Shown piece by piece: positions 25,616 to 35,248 of a DNA stretch of 37,799 bases (its first letter is position 1; each line of letters opens with the position of its first letter). The stretch spans positions 1 through 37,799 of the forward strand of contig JANMTD010000216.1 in assembly GCA_031390075.1 (NCBI GenBank). The letters run 5' to 3'. Both the position numbers and the translations under genes were made by a program. A model generated the notes under the pieces. It saw nothing but the letters and a program-made list of their open reading frames with translations, made no database searches and was not told the origin of the DNA. Source of the DNA: Deltaproteobacteria bacterium. GTDB lineage: Bacteria > Myxococcota_A > UBA9160 > UBA4427.

Positions 25616-26866
25616 ATGAGCCTCGACCTCGACCCCAGAACCGCGAAATCGATCCGTGGCCCGCAAGCCGTGGGACGTCGGCGAGCCCGCGTCCTGATCG
25701 TCGATGACGAACGGGGGCCACGCGAGTCGCTTCGCATGATTCTTTCCGGTAGCCACGAAGTGACCACCGCGGAAGACGCTGCCGAAGCGCTCGACGTGCT
25801 CCGAACCGAAGAGATCGATCTCGTCACCGTCGACCTGAACATGCCCGGCATGAAGGGCGACGAGCTGATGCGAACGGTCCGCGCCGAGTCGCCCCAGACC
25901 GAGATCATCATCATCACCGGCTGCGGCTCGATCGAGACCGCCGTCGAGGGCATCCGCCACGGCGTCTTCGACTATCTGATCAAGCCCTTCGATGTCGTGC
26001 AGGTCACGGCCTCGGTCGAGCGCGCGCTCGCCCGCCGCGAGAGCCGCGGGAGGACGGTCGCGTTCCTCGAGGAAGTGAGCCGGATCCTCGGCCCCGACCG
26101 GGACACGCATCTCTCGCTCGACGAGCTCGAGGCCAACACGCTGGCCCAGGAGCGCCTGCGTGCGCTGCTCGCCGAGCCGGTGCTGCAACGGGGCGCGGCG
26201 AGCCCGCGGGCCGGTGGACCGAGCACCCTCGAATTCCTCGAGGTCCTCGCCGAGACGATCGAGACCCGGGATCTCTTCATGCGCGGCCACGCCCGCCGCG
26301 TCGCCTACGCCGCAGACCTCGTCGCCGCGCGCCTCTGCCTCGCCCGCGAAGAGCGCGACCACGTTCGCATGGCCGCCTTCCTCCACGACATCGGCAAGGT
26401 CGGCGCGACGAGCGACGTGCTCGCCGGCAAGGTCCTGCCCGAGCCCGAGCGACTCGAATCGATCCAGACCCATCCGGCGATGGGCGAGCGGCTGCTGCGG
26501 CCGCTCGGACTCTCGCCGACCGTGACCGCCACCGTGCGGCACCACCACGAGCGCTACGACGGCGCCGGTTATCCCGACGGCCTCGCCGGCGACGACATCC
26601 CGCTGGCGGCGCGCATCATCGCGATCGTCGACGCCTTCGATGCCATGACCTGCGAGCGGCCCTACCGCAACGCGCGCAGCCGGGACGAGGCGCTCGCCGA
26701 GCTGCGAGAGCACGCGCGGCGCCAATTCGATCCCAACCTCGTCGACATCTTCGCCGACCTCGTGATGAGCGGGGCGATGGACGCGATCGAGGAGACCGGC
26801 ACGAACACCGCGCTCGGACGGAGCGCGGGACCGGCCGAGGCGTCCCGCCGTCGTGGAGCCGCGTGA
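25616..26866 (+). CDS. Response regulator with HD-GYP domain (RpfG-like c-di-GMP phosphodiesterase)
   Basis: The REC domain has VLIVDDE, LVTVDLNMPGMKG, IIITG and IKPF. The HD-GYP domain has GHARRVA, FLHDIGK and HHERYDGAGYPDGL. The start is uncertain. The track's TTG 25598 lies inside the putative -12 element. ATG 25616 and GTG 25670 (VGRRRARVLIVDD) are the alternatives. Confidence 0.88.
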   Translation: MSLDLDPRTAKSIRGPQAVGRRRARVLIVDDERGPRESLRMILSGSHEVTTAEDAAEALDVLRTEEIDLVTVDLNMPGMKGDELMRTVRAESPQTEIIIITGCGSIETAVEGIRHGVFDYLIKPFDVVQVTASVERALARRESRGRTVAFLEEVSRILGPDRDTHLSLDELEANTLAQERLRALLAEPVLQRGAASPRAGGPSTLEFLEVLAETIETRDLFMRGHARRVAYAADLVAARLCLAREERDHVRMAAFLHDIGKVGATSDVLAGKVLPEPERLESIQTHPAMGERLLRPLGLSPTVTATVRHHHERYDGAGYPDGLAGDDIPLAARIIAIVDAFDAMTCERPYRNARSRDEALAELREHARRQFDPNLVDIFADLVMSGAMDAIEETGTNTALGRSAGPAEASRRRGAA

Positions 26867-26999
26867 AATCGAGGGATTCATCGAGGGCCGGGGTCGTGAC
26901 GAAATAACCGGGGGGTTTGTCCCGGTCCCGCCCTCACTTCTCGCCGCGCCTCGCTTGCGCGGCCGAGCCGCGGGGCACGACCTGCTAGATTGAAGTCGC

Positions 27000-27527
27000 A
27001 TGTTTGGCATCGGTCCGATGGAGCTGGTGGTGATCGTCGTCGTGGCACTGCTGATCTTCGGTCCGCAGCGGCTGCCGGAGTTTGCGCGCACCCTCGGCAA
27101 GGGCCTCGCCGAGGTCCGCCGCGCGAGCAACGACCTGCGCCAGACGCTCGCCCTCGACGAGCTCCAGAACGACCTGCGCAAGACCATGAACCAGGCGACG
27201 AGCCCGCCGACCGCCCAGTCCCGCCCGGCGCAGGCCGGGGACACACTCCCGCCCGGCACTCCTACTGCGGACGCCGCAGGCGCTGCTACGGACGCTGCGA
27301 CCACCACCCACGCCGCGCCGAGCACGGCGGATTCGGCCGCTCGCGAGACACCGCCCTGGAAGAGCCATCCCGGTCAGCTGCCCGACGGCGGCGACCAGGA
27401 TCACAACGACGCGAGCCCCCCTGCCGATCCGAGCCCGGCCGCGCCGCCGCGGCTCGCCGCCGCCGATCCGGGGCTCGGCAACGTACCCGTCACGGGTGCA
27501 GATCCGGCGGAAACGCGACGTGGATGA
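27000..27527 (+). CDS. tatB: Sec-independent (Tat) translocase subunit, TatB-like (TatA/B/E family)
   Basis: MFGIGPMELVVIVVVALLIFGPQRLPEFARTLGKGLAEVRRA has the TM helix, the hinge motif FGPQRLP and an amphipathic helix. A long Pro/Ala/Thr-rich tail follows, giving 175 aa like TatB. Confidence 0.85.
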   Translation: MFGIGPMELVVIVVVALLIFGPQRLPEFARTLGKGLAEVRRASNDLRQTLALDELQNDLRKTMNQATSPPTAQSRPAQAGDTLPPGTPTADAAGAATDAATTTHAAPSTADSAARETPPWKSHPGQLPDGGDQDHNDASPPADPSPAAPPRLAAADPGLGNVPVTGADPAETRRG

Positions 27528-28275
27528 ACGGGCGCTTCCGATCACGGAGCACCTGGCAGAGCTCCGCCGGCGAATCGGGATCGCCCTCGCGGCGATCGTG
27601 ATCGGCGCGATCCTCGCCTACAACTTCTCCGAACAGATCTTCGCCTTCCTGCTCTCGCCCGCGACCGAGGCCCTGACCGCCAAGGGGAGCAAGCTGCAGG
27701 CGATCGCACCGACGGAGATCTTCATCGCGTACATCAAGTGCGCTTTGCTCGCGGGATTTGTCGGGACGCTCCCGGTCAGCTTCTGGCAGCTGTGGGCCTT
27801 CGTCGCCCCCGGCCTCTACGACAGCGAGAAGCGCGCGATCTTTCCGTTCGTGATCGCCTCGACGGTCCTCTTCGTCTCGGGCGCCCTCTTCGGCCACACC
27901 TTCGTCTTCCCCGTCATGTTCCAGTTCCTGAACAGCTGGGACAACGAGTGGGTCGTGTCGGCCTGGACGCTGAACGAGGTCTTCGGGCTCACGACCCAGA
28001 TGATCCTCGCCTTCGGCGTCATCTTCGAGCTCCCGATCTTCGTCCTCTTCCTCTCCCTGTCGGGCATCGTGACGGCGCGCCAGCTCTTCGCGGGCACCCG
28101 TTATGCGATCGTCGCCTCGTTCGTGATCGGCGCGATCCTGACGCCGCCCGACGTCGTGAGCCAGGTCATGATGTCGGTGCCGATGGTCATCCTCTATCTG
28201 CTGGGCGTAGCCGTGGCGTGGATGTTCGAGCGCAAGCCCGCCACGACGGCCGCGCTGCAGAAGACGGAAGGCTGA
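27496..28275 (+). CDS. tatC: Tat translocase subunit TatC
   Basis: LPITEHLAELRRRI, six TM segments and LTPPDVVSQ are TatC signatures. The start is GTG 27496 or GTG 27520. Both overlap the tatB 3' end. Confidence 0.92.
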   Translation: MQIRRKRDVDERALPITEHLAELRRRIGIALAAIVIGAILAYNFSEQIFAFLLSPATEALTAKGSKLQAIAPTEIFIAYIKCALLAGFVGTLPVSFWQLWAFVAPGLYDSEKRAIFPFVIASTVLFVSGALFGHTFVFPVMFQFLNSWDNEWVVSAWTLNEVFGLTTQMILAFGVIFELPIFVLFLSLSGIVTARQLFAGTRYAIVASFVIGAILTPPDVVSQVMMSVPMVILYLLGVAVAWMFERKPATTAALQKTEG

Positions 28276-28318
28276 ACGGCCGAAGCCGATCCTCTTCTGC
28301 AGGGCGCCCGTCCAACGT

Positions 28319-28924
28319 CTACTCGAACAGGATCCGAAAGCGAACCGGCACGTCGTCGTCGATCGACATCGGGTTCCAGCGCGAGGGCGCAGCACCGACG
28401 GCGAAGTCCATCCTCTGGATCAGGAATCCGCCCTCGACGACGACCGGATTCGTCTCGACGATCTCGACCTCGCCTTCGATCGTCTTCGCGGTTCCGTGAA
28501 GATCGACGTCGAATTGCACCGCATAACGCGGACGCCCGGATTCCGAGGGCTCGAGCGGGCGTGCCGAATGGCCCCGAACGGTCGCGACGGGGAATTTCGC
28601 AACGTCGAAGAAGTCGGCGGTCCGCAGGTGATCGTCGCGGCCCTCGCTCTCCGTATCGACGGAAGCGAGCTCGACCTCGATCACGGCGTGGCTCGCGACC
28701 GGGTTCGCGAGATCGATGGAATGCGCCAGCATGCGCCAGACGTGGAACTCGCCTTCGGCGTCGCCGAAGAGGTTGTGGCCGACGAAGCCGACCCGACCCT
28801 TCACCGCGGACGCGGCCGTCGCAGCCACGGCGGAATCGTCCGCGATCGCAGCCCCCGCCCAGGGCAGGCCGAGCGGCGCTGCCAGGGCGAGAGCCGCCAG
28901 TAGGGATCTCCGCGATCGTTTCAT
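28319..28924 (-). CDS. YceI-like periplasmic (polyisoprenoid-binding) protein with a twin-arginine-type signal peptide
   Basis: The signal peptide is MKRSRRSLLAALALAAPLGLPWAGAAIA. SVDTESEGRDDHLRTADFFDVAKFPVATV is the YceI hallmark. ATG 28924 is preferred over the track start 29017, which would overlap aqpZ. Confidence 0.8.
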   Translation of the reverse strand: MKRSRRSLLAALALAAPLGLPWAGAAIADDSAVAATAASAVKGRVGFVGHNLFGDAEGEFHVWRMLAHSIDLANPVASHAVIEVELASVDTESEGRDDHLRTADFFDVAKFPVATVRGHSARPLEPSESGRPRYAVQFDVDLHGTAKTIEGEVEIVETNPVVVEGGFLIQRMDFAVGAAPSRWNPMSIDDDVPVRFRILFE

Positions 28925-28976
28925 CCTGCGCTTCTCTCCGCCCCTCGATCCGTCTCTCGATGGCGCTGGACCCGGG

Positions 28977-29666
28977 TCATTCCCCCGACTCGCCGATCGC
29001 GCGGTAGACGAACGCACCGGCGACGGCCCCGAGGATCGGCGCCACCCAGAAGAGCCAGAGCTGCGAGATCGCCCAGCCGCCGACGAAGAGCGCGACGCCC
29101 GTGCTGCGCGCGGGATTCACGGACGTGTTCGTCACGGGGATGCTGATCAGATGGATCAGCGTCAGGCCGAGCCCGATCGCGATCGGCGCGAAGCCCTTCG
29201 GCGCACGCTCGTCGGTGGCGCCCAGGATGATCACGAGAAACATCATGGTCATCACGACTTCGGTCACGAACGCGGATCCCAGGCTGTAGCCCCCCGGCGA
29301 GTGCTCTCCGAAACCGTTCGACGCGAAGCCCCCAGCGACGTCGAAGCCCGCCTGTCCGCTGGCGATCATGTAGAGCACACCGCCCGCGGCGATCGCACCC
29401 AACACCTGGGACGCGATGTAGGGAACGAGCTGGGACGCCGGAAATCGGCCGGCCGCGCAGAGCCCGATCGAGACGGCCGGGTTCAGATGGCAGCCGGAGA
29501 TGTGGCCGATCGCGTAGGCCATCGTGAGGACCGTGAGCCCGAATGCGAGCGACACACCGTGGAGCCCGATTCCGACTTCGGGGAATCCGGCGGCGAGGAC
29601 CGCACTGCCGCATCCGCCCAACACCAGCCAGAACGTCCCGACGAATTCCGCACCGTATCGCTGCAT
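28977..29666 (-). CDS. aqpZ: Aquaporin Z
   Basis: [61 protein letters not shown] and the second NPA in VNPARSTG are nearly collinear with E. coli AqpZ. A GGGAGG SD lies 8 nt before ATG 29666. The track start at 29675 is a GTG. Confidence 0.93.
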   Translation of the reverse strand: MQRYGAEFVGTFWLVLGGCGSAVLAAGFPEVGIGLHGVSLAFGLTVLTMAYAIGHISGCHLNPAVSIGLCAAGRFPASQLVPYIASQVLGAIAAGGVLYMIASGQAGFDVAGGFASNGFGEHSPGGYSLGSAFVTEVVMTMMFLVIILGATDERAPKGFAPIAIGLGLTLIHLISIPVTNTSVNPARSTGVALFVGGWAISQLWLFWVAPILGAVAGAFVYRAIGESGE

Positions 29667-30169
29667 CGACATCACCTCCCTGTTATCCCTTACGGAGTCG
29701 CCCGCGACGGACGATGGTCAATCGGACGCAGGGACATGCAATCGCAGCCCCGCCCCGGCCGGATCGACACGGCCTAACTCGACAGGCCGACGTTAACAGA
29801 CAATGGACAGGTGAGCGCCATCGGAATCACGGCCCGGGATCGAAAAAGGGTGGGAGGAAAATCGGACGGCAGGGATTCACGCGCTTGATCTCGAAGCAGA
29901 AGGCACAGTCGTTCCGCATTGCGACCCGGGACGCAGACGCGGGGGCTTTTCGATCGATGTAAGTCGCTAGGGGACGGACATCTTGCCTGATCTGCACCGG
30001 CGATCTGCGCTTCAGGGCTAGTCCTCGGGCCCCTTCGTCCAGCGCGATCTCAGGCAAGAGCGCCGGGGCGCCGCCAAAACGATCGCGGCCGAAACCATTC
30101 CGGACGAGCCGGGTTCAAGCATCGGCGGACCGGCTGCGAGGGCGGCCTCGACCCACTCCAGGAGATCTC

Positions 30170-30436
30170 ATGCGCAATTTTTCCCGTCGCTTCTACTTCT
30201 GCTTCGCGGTTGCCGTCGGACTCGCCGTCGGGATTTCGGCCGCCGCCCACGCGGAGGACACCTCCGCCCGCGAGCAGCGCCTCGACCGCAAGGGCGATCG
30301 CATCGAGGAGAAGGGGAAACGCGTGGACGAGCGCCTGGATCGCAGGGGCGCCCGCATCGATGAGCGGCTCGACCGACGGGGGGAGCGTGTCGGCGGGGCT
30401 CACACGCCCGCCCAGTCACCCGATCGATCCGCCTAA
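30170..30436 (+). CDS. Small secreted charged-repeat protein (88 aa), function unknown
   Basis: GGAG lies 7 nt upstream. The signal peptide is MRNFSRRFYFCFAVAVGLAVGISAAAHA. Repeats follow: RLDRKGDRIEEKGKRVDERLDRRGARIDERLDRRGERV. GC3 is high in this frame. Its TAA overlaps the convergent gene's TAG. Confidence 0.55.
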   Translation: MRNFSRRFYFCFAVAVGLAVGISAAAHAEDTSAREQRLDRKGDRIEEKGKRVDERLDRRGARIDERLDRRGERVGGAHTPAQSPDRSA

Positions 30437-32187
30437 CGCCGCTCCGACTTCAGCTTGAGCACGCGCTCGCGAAGCCCGACCTCGAAGTCCACGTTCTTCT
30501 TGCGGACGACGGAAACGCGGACCGCGACGTCTCCCCGGGAGACATCGAAGAGAACGGGCTCCGCGTCGGAAGCGCCGGCACCCGCGACGGGCTTCACTTC
30601 GAGCTCGACCACGCGGCCTTCGACGCGCACGCGCAGGGCCGAGCCCGTGTCCGCCAGCGGTCCATCGACCTCGACGGGGGCCTGTTTCGGGAGCGTGATG
30701 CGCGCACCACGCGCGACCGCGCTTCCGCTCGCCGAGTCCGCGGACCCGGTCTCGTCGAGCAGCACCGTCCGCCACGCCACGAGGGCGAGCACCATTTCGC
30801 GGGTTCCGTCATCGAGGGCCTGCGGTGGCGCGAGGCTCGATCCCGCCCGGGCGAGCTCCGCCTCGATGAAGCCGGTGTCGTAGGCGCCCGCGCGGAACAC
30901 GGGGTTCACCACGAGTCGCCGCAGGAAGGGCAGACCCGTGCGAATCCCGGCGACCCAGAACGACTCGAGGGCGCCGGCGAGGCGCGCGAGCGCTTCCTCG
31001 CGATCGCGTCCGGTCGCGATCAGCTTGGCGAGCATCGCGTCGTAATGCGGTGTCACGGTATGCCCCGCTTCGAAGCCGGCATCGAGTCGGATGCCGGGGC
31101 CCTCCGGCGCGCACCAGGCGAGGATCGGGCCCGGGGACGGGACGAAGCCGCCATCGGGATCCTCGGCGTAGATGCGCACCTCGATGGCGTGGCCCGTGAG
31201 GCGGACGTCCGCCTGGTCGAAGGACAGGGGCTCGCCGGCGGCGATGCGGATCTGGAGCACCACGAGATCGAGGCCCGTCACGCATTCGGTGACCGGGTGC
31301 TCGACCTGGATGCGCGTATTCATCTCGAGAAAATAGAAAGCACTCGTCGAGTCCATCATGAACTCACAGGTCCCCGCCCCGACATAGCCGACCGCCTGCG
31401 CCGCGCGAACCGCCGCGTCGCCCATCGCCGCGCGGGTCGCGTCGCTCATGCCGTGGGCCGGCGCTTCCTCGACGAGCTTTTGATGGCGGCGCTGGATCGA
31501 GCACTCCCGCTCCCCGAGATGGACGGTCTTGCCCTGCTGGTCGGCGAGGATCTGGATTTCGATGTGGCGCGGGCCCGAGAGGTATTTCTCGAGATAGATC
31601 GTGTCGTCGCCGAAGGCCGCGAGCGCCTCCGACGCGGCGCGCTCGAGGGCCGCCTCGAGCTCGGCCTCGTCGTTCACCCGGCGCATGCCACGGCCGCCGC
31701 CGCCGGCGCTCGCCTTCACGAGCACGGGGTAGCCGAACTCCTCCGCCTCGCGCCGCGCGTCGTCGAGGCTCGTGATCGCCCGGCTACCGCCCGGCACGAC
31801 GCGTACCCCCGCCGCACGCATGCGCTCACGGGCGGCGATCTTCCCGCCCATCGCGCGGATCACGTCGGGCGAGGGCCCGATGAAGACGAGCCCCGCATCG
31901 TTCACGGCCTGGGCGAAATCGGCGTTCTCCGACAGGAAGCCGTAGCCGGGATGGATCGCGTCGGCACCGCAGCGCTGCGCGATCGCGACGATGCCCGGGA
32001 TGTCGAGGTAGCTCTCCGTCGCCCGCGCGGGTCCACACGGATAGGCCTCGTCGGCCATCCGCGTGTGCAGCGCATCGACGTCCGCCTCGGAGTAGATCGC
32101 GACCGACCGGACCCCGAGCCCCCGGCACGCCCGGATCACTCGGACCGCGATCTCGCCCCGATTCGCAATCAGGATCTTCCCGAACAT
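30433..32187 (-). CDS. Biotin carboxylase (ATP-grasp) with a C-terminal extension of about 135 aa that lacks a biotinyl-lysine (AMKM) motif
   Basis: MFGKILIANRGEIAVRVIRAC, HPGYGFLSEN, the ATP-grasp motif VLVKASAGGGGRGMR and EMNTRIQVEHPVTE support the call. No MKM occurs anywhere in the tail. ATG 32187 has GGGAG upstream. Confidence 0.88.
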   Translation of the reverse strand: MFGKILIANRGEIAVRVIRACRGLGVRSVAIYSEADVDALHTRMADEAYPCGPARATESYLDIPGIVAIAQRCGADAIHPGYGFLSENADFAQAVNDAGLVFIGPSPDVIRAMGGKIAARERMRAAGVRVVPGGSRAITSLDDARREAEEFGYPVLVKASAGGGGRGMRRVNDEAELEAALERAASEALAAFGDDTIYLEKYLSGPRHIEIQILADQQGKTVHLGERECSIQRRHQKLVEEAPAHGMSDATRAAMGDAAVRAAQAVGYVGAGTCEFMMDSTSAFYFLEMNTRIQVEHPVTECVTGLDLVVLQIRIAAGEPLSFDQADVRLTGHAIEVRIYAEDPDGGFVPSPGPILAWCAPEGPGIRLDAGFEAGHTVTPHYDAMLAKLIATGRDREEALARLAGALESFWVAGIRTGLPFLRRLVVNPVFRAGAYDTGFIEAELARAGSSLAPPQALDDGTREMVLALVAWRTVLLDETGSADSASGSAVARGARITLPKQAPVEVDGPLADTGSALRVRVEGRVVELEVKPVAGAGASDAEPVLFDVSRGDVAVRVSVVRKKNVDFEVGLRERVLKLKSERR

Positions 32188-32438
32188 CCCACCACTCCCG
32201 CGCAACGCGCTCGCGGAGCATAACGAGTTGTGCGAATCGGCAATGGGCGTCGGCGGGACACCGCTGCAGTCGGACGAATCCGCGGCCGTGCTTCTGCGCG
32301 CCGCCGCGCGGGGGCGGTCGGCGTGGTGCGCGCGGAGGCTTCTACTCCGGATTCGCCGCTGAATGGTGAGCGGGGTGCAGGAAGTGCGTGGTCCGGACGA
32401 CCTGAACCACGCGACTCACCGCGAGGAGACGGCCCGAT

Positions 32439-33725
32439 CTAGAGCGCCGCGATCTCCGACAGCTTCTGCTGGAGCATCGCTCCGTAGGTGCGTAGATCCA
32501 TCGGATTGCGCGCGACGCCGCTGTCCATCGCCGCCTTCGCGACCGCCGGTGCGACGAACAAGAGCACGCGCGGATCGAAGGGCTTCGGGATGATGTACTC
32601 GGGGCCGAACTCGAAGCTCTCGCCCGGGTAGGCCTTCTTCACGGCATCCGGCACTTCCTCGCCGCGCTTCGCCAGCTCTGCCAGGGCGAAGGTCGCCGCC
32701 TGCTTCATCTCTTCGTTGATCTTCGACGCCCGCACGTCGAGGGCGCCGCGGAAGATGAAGGGGAAGCCGAGCACGTTGTTGACCTGGTTGGCGTAGTCCG
32801 AGCGGCCCGTCGCGCAGATCGCGTCCTTACGCGCGGCCTTCACCTCGGGCGGCGTGATCTCGGGATCGGGATTCGCCATCGCGAAGACGAGCGGCTTCGG
32901 CGCCATCGACTTCACCATCTCCTGCGTGACGAGGCCCTTGCTCGAGAGCCCGACGAACACGTCGCAGCCGACCATCGCGTCCGCCAGCGTCCGGCACTTC
33001 GTCTCGCGGACGAACTCTTCCTTGTACTTGTTGAAGCCTTCGCCGCGGCCCTTCCACATCACGCCCTTGGTATCGGTCATCAGGATGTTCTCGGCCTTCA
33101 CGCCGAGATCCTTGTAGAGCTTCGCGCACGAGATCGCGGCGGCGCCGGCGCCGGAGATGACGATCTTCGCTTCGCTCATCTTCTTGCCCTGGAGCTCGAG
33201 GCCGTTGAGCAGGGCGGCGGCCGAGATGATCGCCGTCCCGTGCTGGTCGTCGTGGAAGACCGGGATGTCGAGGGAGGCCTTCAACGCCTCCTCGATCTCG
33301 AAACACTCTGGCGCGCGGATGTCCTCGAGGTTGATGCCACCGAAGGTCGGTGAGATCAGCTCGCAGAAGCGGATCATCTCCTTCGTGTCGGTCGTGTCGA
33401 CCTCGATGTCGAAGACGTCGATGTCAGCGAAGCGCTTGAAGAGGACACCCTTGCCCTCCATCACGGGCTTGCCGGCGAGGGCGCCGAGGTTGCCGAGGCC
33501 GAGGACGGCGGTGCCGTTGGAGATGACGGCGACGAGGTTTCCCTTGGCGGTGTACTTGTACGCGTCGTCGGGGTTCTTCTCGATCTCGAGACAGGGCGCC
33601 GCGACACCGGGGGAGTAGGCGAGGGAGAGGTCGGCTGCCGTGGCGCAGCTCTTGGTCGGGACGACCTTGATCTTTCCGGGGCGACCCTGGGCGTGATATT
33701 CGAGGGCCTTTTCATTGAGATTCAT
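32439..33725 (-). CDS. NAD(P)-dependent malic enzyme (short form, no PTA-like domain)
   Basis: [58 protein letters not shown] and VISGAGAAA match MaeB-N/SfcA-type enzymes. ATG 33725 begins MNLNEK. Confidence 0.92.
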   Translation of the reverse strand: MNLNEKALEYHAQGRPGKIKVVPTKSCATAADLSLAYSPGVAAPCLEIEKNPDDAYKYTAKGNLVAVISNGTAVLGLGNLGALAGKPVMEGKGVLFKRFADIDVFDIEVDTTDTKEMIRFCELISPTFGGINLEDIRAPECFEIEEALKASLDIPVFHDDQHGTAIISAAALLNGLELQGKKMSEAKIVISGAGAAAISCAKLYKDLGVKAENILMTDTKGVMWKGRGEGFNKYKEEFVRETKCRTLADAMVGCDVFVGLSSKGLVTQEMVKSMAPKPLVFAMANPDPEITPPEVKAARKDAICATGRSDYANQVNNVLGFPFIFRGALDVRASKINEEMKQAATFALAELAKRGEEVPDAVKKAYPGESFEFGPEYIIPKPFDPRVLLFVAPAVAKAAMDSGVARNPMDLRTYGAMLQQKLSEIAAL

Positions 33726-34054
33726 GGGGGTCCTCTGACTGCGTCGGTCGGCGCGGTTGCCGATCGATCGATTGCTTTCCTCGCGCGAACGAACACGAAC
33801 GAAGAAGGGGATGGAGTGGCGGGCGGGTCTGTGTGAAAGGCTGCCGAGTCTATCAATCGAGCGCCCGAGTGTCGAAGCCCGGCGGCGCAGCCCTTTGCGT
33901 CGGGGGCGGATCGTCAGGGGCAAGTGGCCGGGGGCCCGCCGGGCGCGGGCGGCTCCGGAACCGGCAACTCACGCCGACGGCGGGCGGGATCAGAGGCGGA
34001 ACGCCTCCGCGGCCGGTCCCGCACGGGCGACCGCCCTGGGCCGGCAGGCGCGCC

Positions 34055-35194
34055 TCAGCCCCGCATGAGCTCGCGGGCGATCACGATGCGCTGGATCTGG
34101 TTCGTGCCCTCGTAGATCTGCATCAGCTTGGCGTCGCGCATCAGCTTTTCGACCGGATATTCCTTCGTATAGCCATTGCCGCCAAAGATCTGGACCGCGT
34201 CCGTCGTCGCCTTCATGGCCGCGTCGGTCGAGAAGCACTTGGCCATCGAGGACTGCTTCGAAGCGCGCTTGCCCTGGTCGAGGAGCCAGGCGCTCTGGAA
34301 CGTCAGGAGGCGGCTCGCCTCGATGTCCTTCGCCATGTCGGCGAGCATGAACTGGACCGCCTGGAACTCCCCGATCGCCTGGCCGAAGGCCTTGCGTTGC
34401 GCGGCGTAGGCGAGGCTCTCCTCGAGGGCGCGACGGGCGATGCCCGTGGCGAGGGCACCGATCAGCGGCCGCGTGCGGTCGAGGGTCGCCATGGCGATCT
34501 TGAAGCCCTCGCCCTCGGCGCCGAGGCGCTGGGCTGCGGGGACCCGCACGTTGTCGAAATGCAGGACCCGCGTGTCGCTCGCGCGCTGGCCCATCTTGTC
34601 CTCCTTCTTGCCCGGCGTGAGCCCGGGGGTCTCGCGGGGGAGGACGAAGGCGCAGACACCCTTGTGCCGGGTGTGGCGATCGAGGGTCGCGAAGACGGTG
34701 TAGAGATCGGCCTCGCCGCCGTTCGTGATCCAGGCCTTGGTGCCGTTGAGGATGTAGTCGCTGCCCGATTTTTCGGCGAGGAGCTGGAGGCCGGCGACGT
34801 CGGAGCCAGCGCCCGGCTCGGACAAGGCGAAGGCGAGAACCTTGAACTGCTGTGTGCAGGGCACGAGCCACTCGCGCTGCTGGTCGCGCGTCCCACCCAC
34901 CAGGATGGGCGTCAGGCCCAGATCGTTCGAGAGGATCGAGGTCGTCACCCCCGAGCAGCCGCGCGAGAGCTCTTCGACGACGACGCAGGCGCCGACCGCC
35001 GAGAGTCCGAGACCGCCGAATTCCTCGGGGATGAAGACGTGGGATAGACCGAGCTCCCACGCCATCCGGAGCACCTCGCGCGGAAACTTCCCGCTCGCAT
35101 CGTACGCGGCGGCGATCGGAGCGATCTGTTCATCCGAGAAGCGCCGGGCCGTACCCTGCAGACTGGAAAGCGCGTCGTCGAGCTCGAAATCCAT
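34055..35194 (-). CDS. Acyl-CoA dehydrogenase
   Basis: [27 protein letters not shown] and [35 protein letters not shown] support the call. The protein is 379 aa. Confidence 0.93.
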   Translation of the reverse strand: MDFELDDALSSLQGTARRFSDEQIAPIAAAYDASGKFPREVLRMAWELGLSHVFIPEEFGGLGLSAVGACVVVEELSRGCSGVTTSILSNDLGLTPILVGGTRDQQREWLVPCTQQFKVLAFALSEPGAGSDVAGLQLLAEKSGSDYILNGTKAWITNGGEADLYTVFATLDRHTRHKGVCAFVLPRETPGLTPGKKEDKMGQRASDTRVLHFDNVRVPAAQRLGAEGEGFKIAMATLDRTRPLIGALATGIARRALEESLAYAAQRKAFGQAIGEFQAVQFMLADMAKDIEASRLLTFQSAWLLDQGKRASKQSSMAKCFSTDAAMKATTDAVQIFGGNGYTKEYPVEKLMRDAKLMQIYEGTNQIQRIVIARELMRG

Positions 35195-35248
35195 CCCGTC
35201 CCTCTCGGCGTGCTCCCCCGCCTGCTCCCCCTGCGGGTCGCAACCCGC

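Noticed and set aside
26907-26926. The hairpin ACCGGG-N8-CCCGGT after the HD-GYP gene, as a terminator
   Set aside because: It has only a 6-bp stem, an 8-nt loop and no downstream T-run. That is too weak to call.
26974-26986. A GGCACGACCTGCT sigma-54-like element upstream of tatB
   Set aside because: The GG-to-GC spacing is 8 nt rather than the required 10, and TTGC is absent. It does not fit the -24/-12 geometry.
29827-30057. A 76-aa minus-strand ORF in the long intergenic region
   Set aside because: It has no SD, odd composition, no signal or motif, and it lies in the lower-GC non-coding island. It is more likely non-coding.
30111-30120. GGGTTCAAGC, resembling a tRNA T-loop
   Set aside because: The flanks cannot form a T-stem or any cloverleaf arm. 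No tRNA is present here or in the other intergenic regions I inspected.
33993-34007. The hairpin GAGGCG-gaa-CGCCTC downstream of the acyl-CoA dehydrogenase gene
   Set aside because: It has a 6-bp stem with a 3-nt loop and no U-tail on the transcribed (minus) strand. It is not distinguishable from chance in GC-rich DNA.
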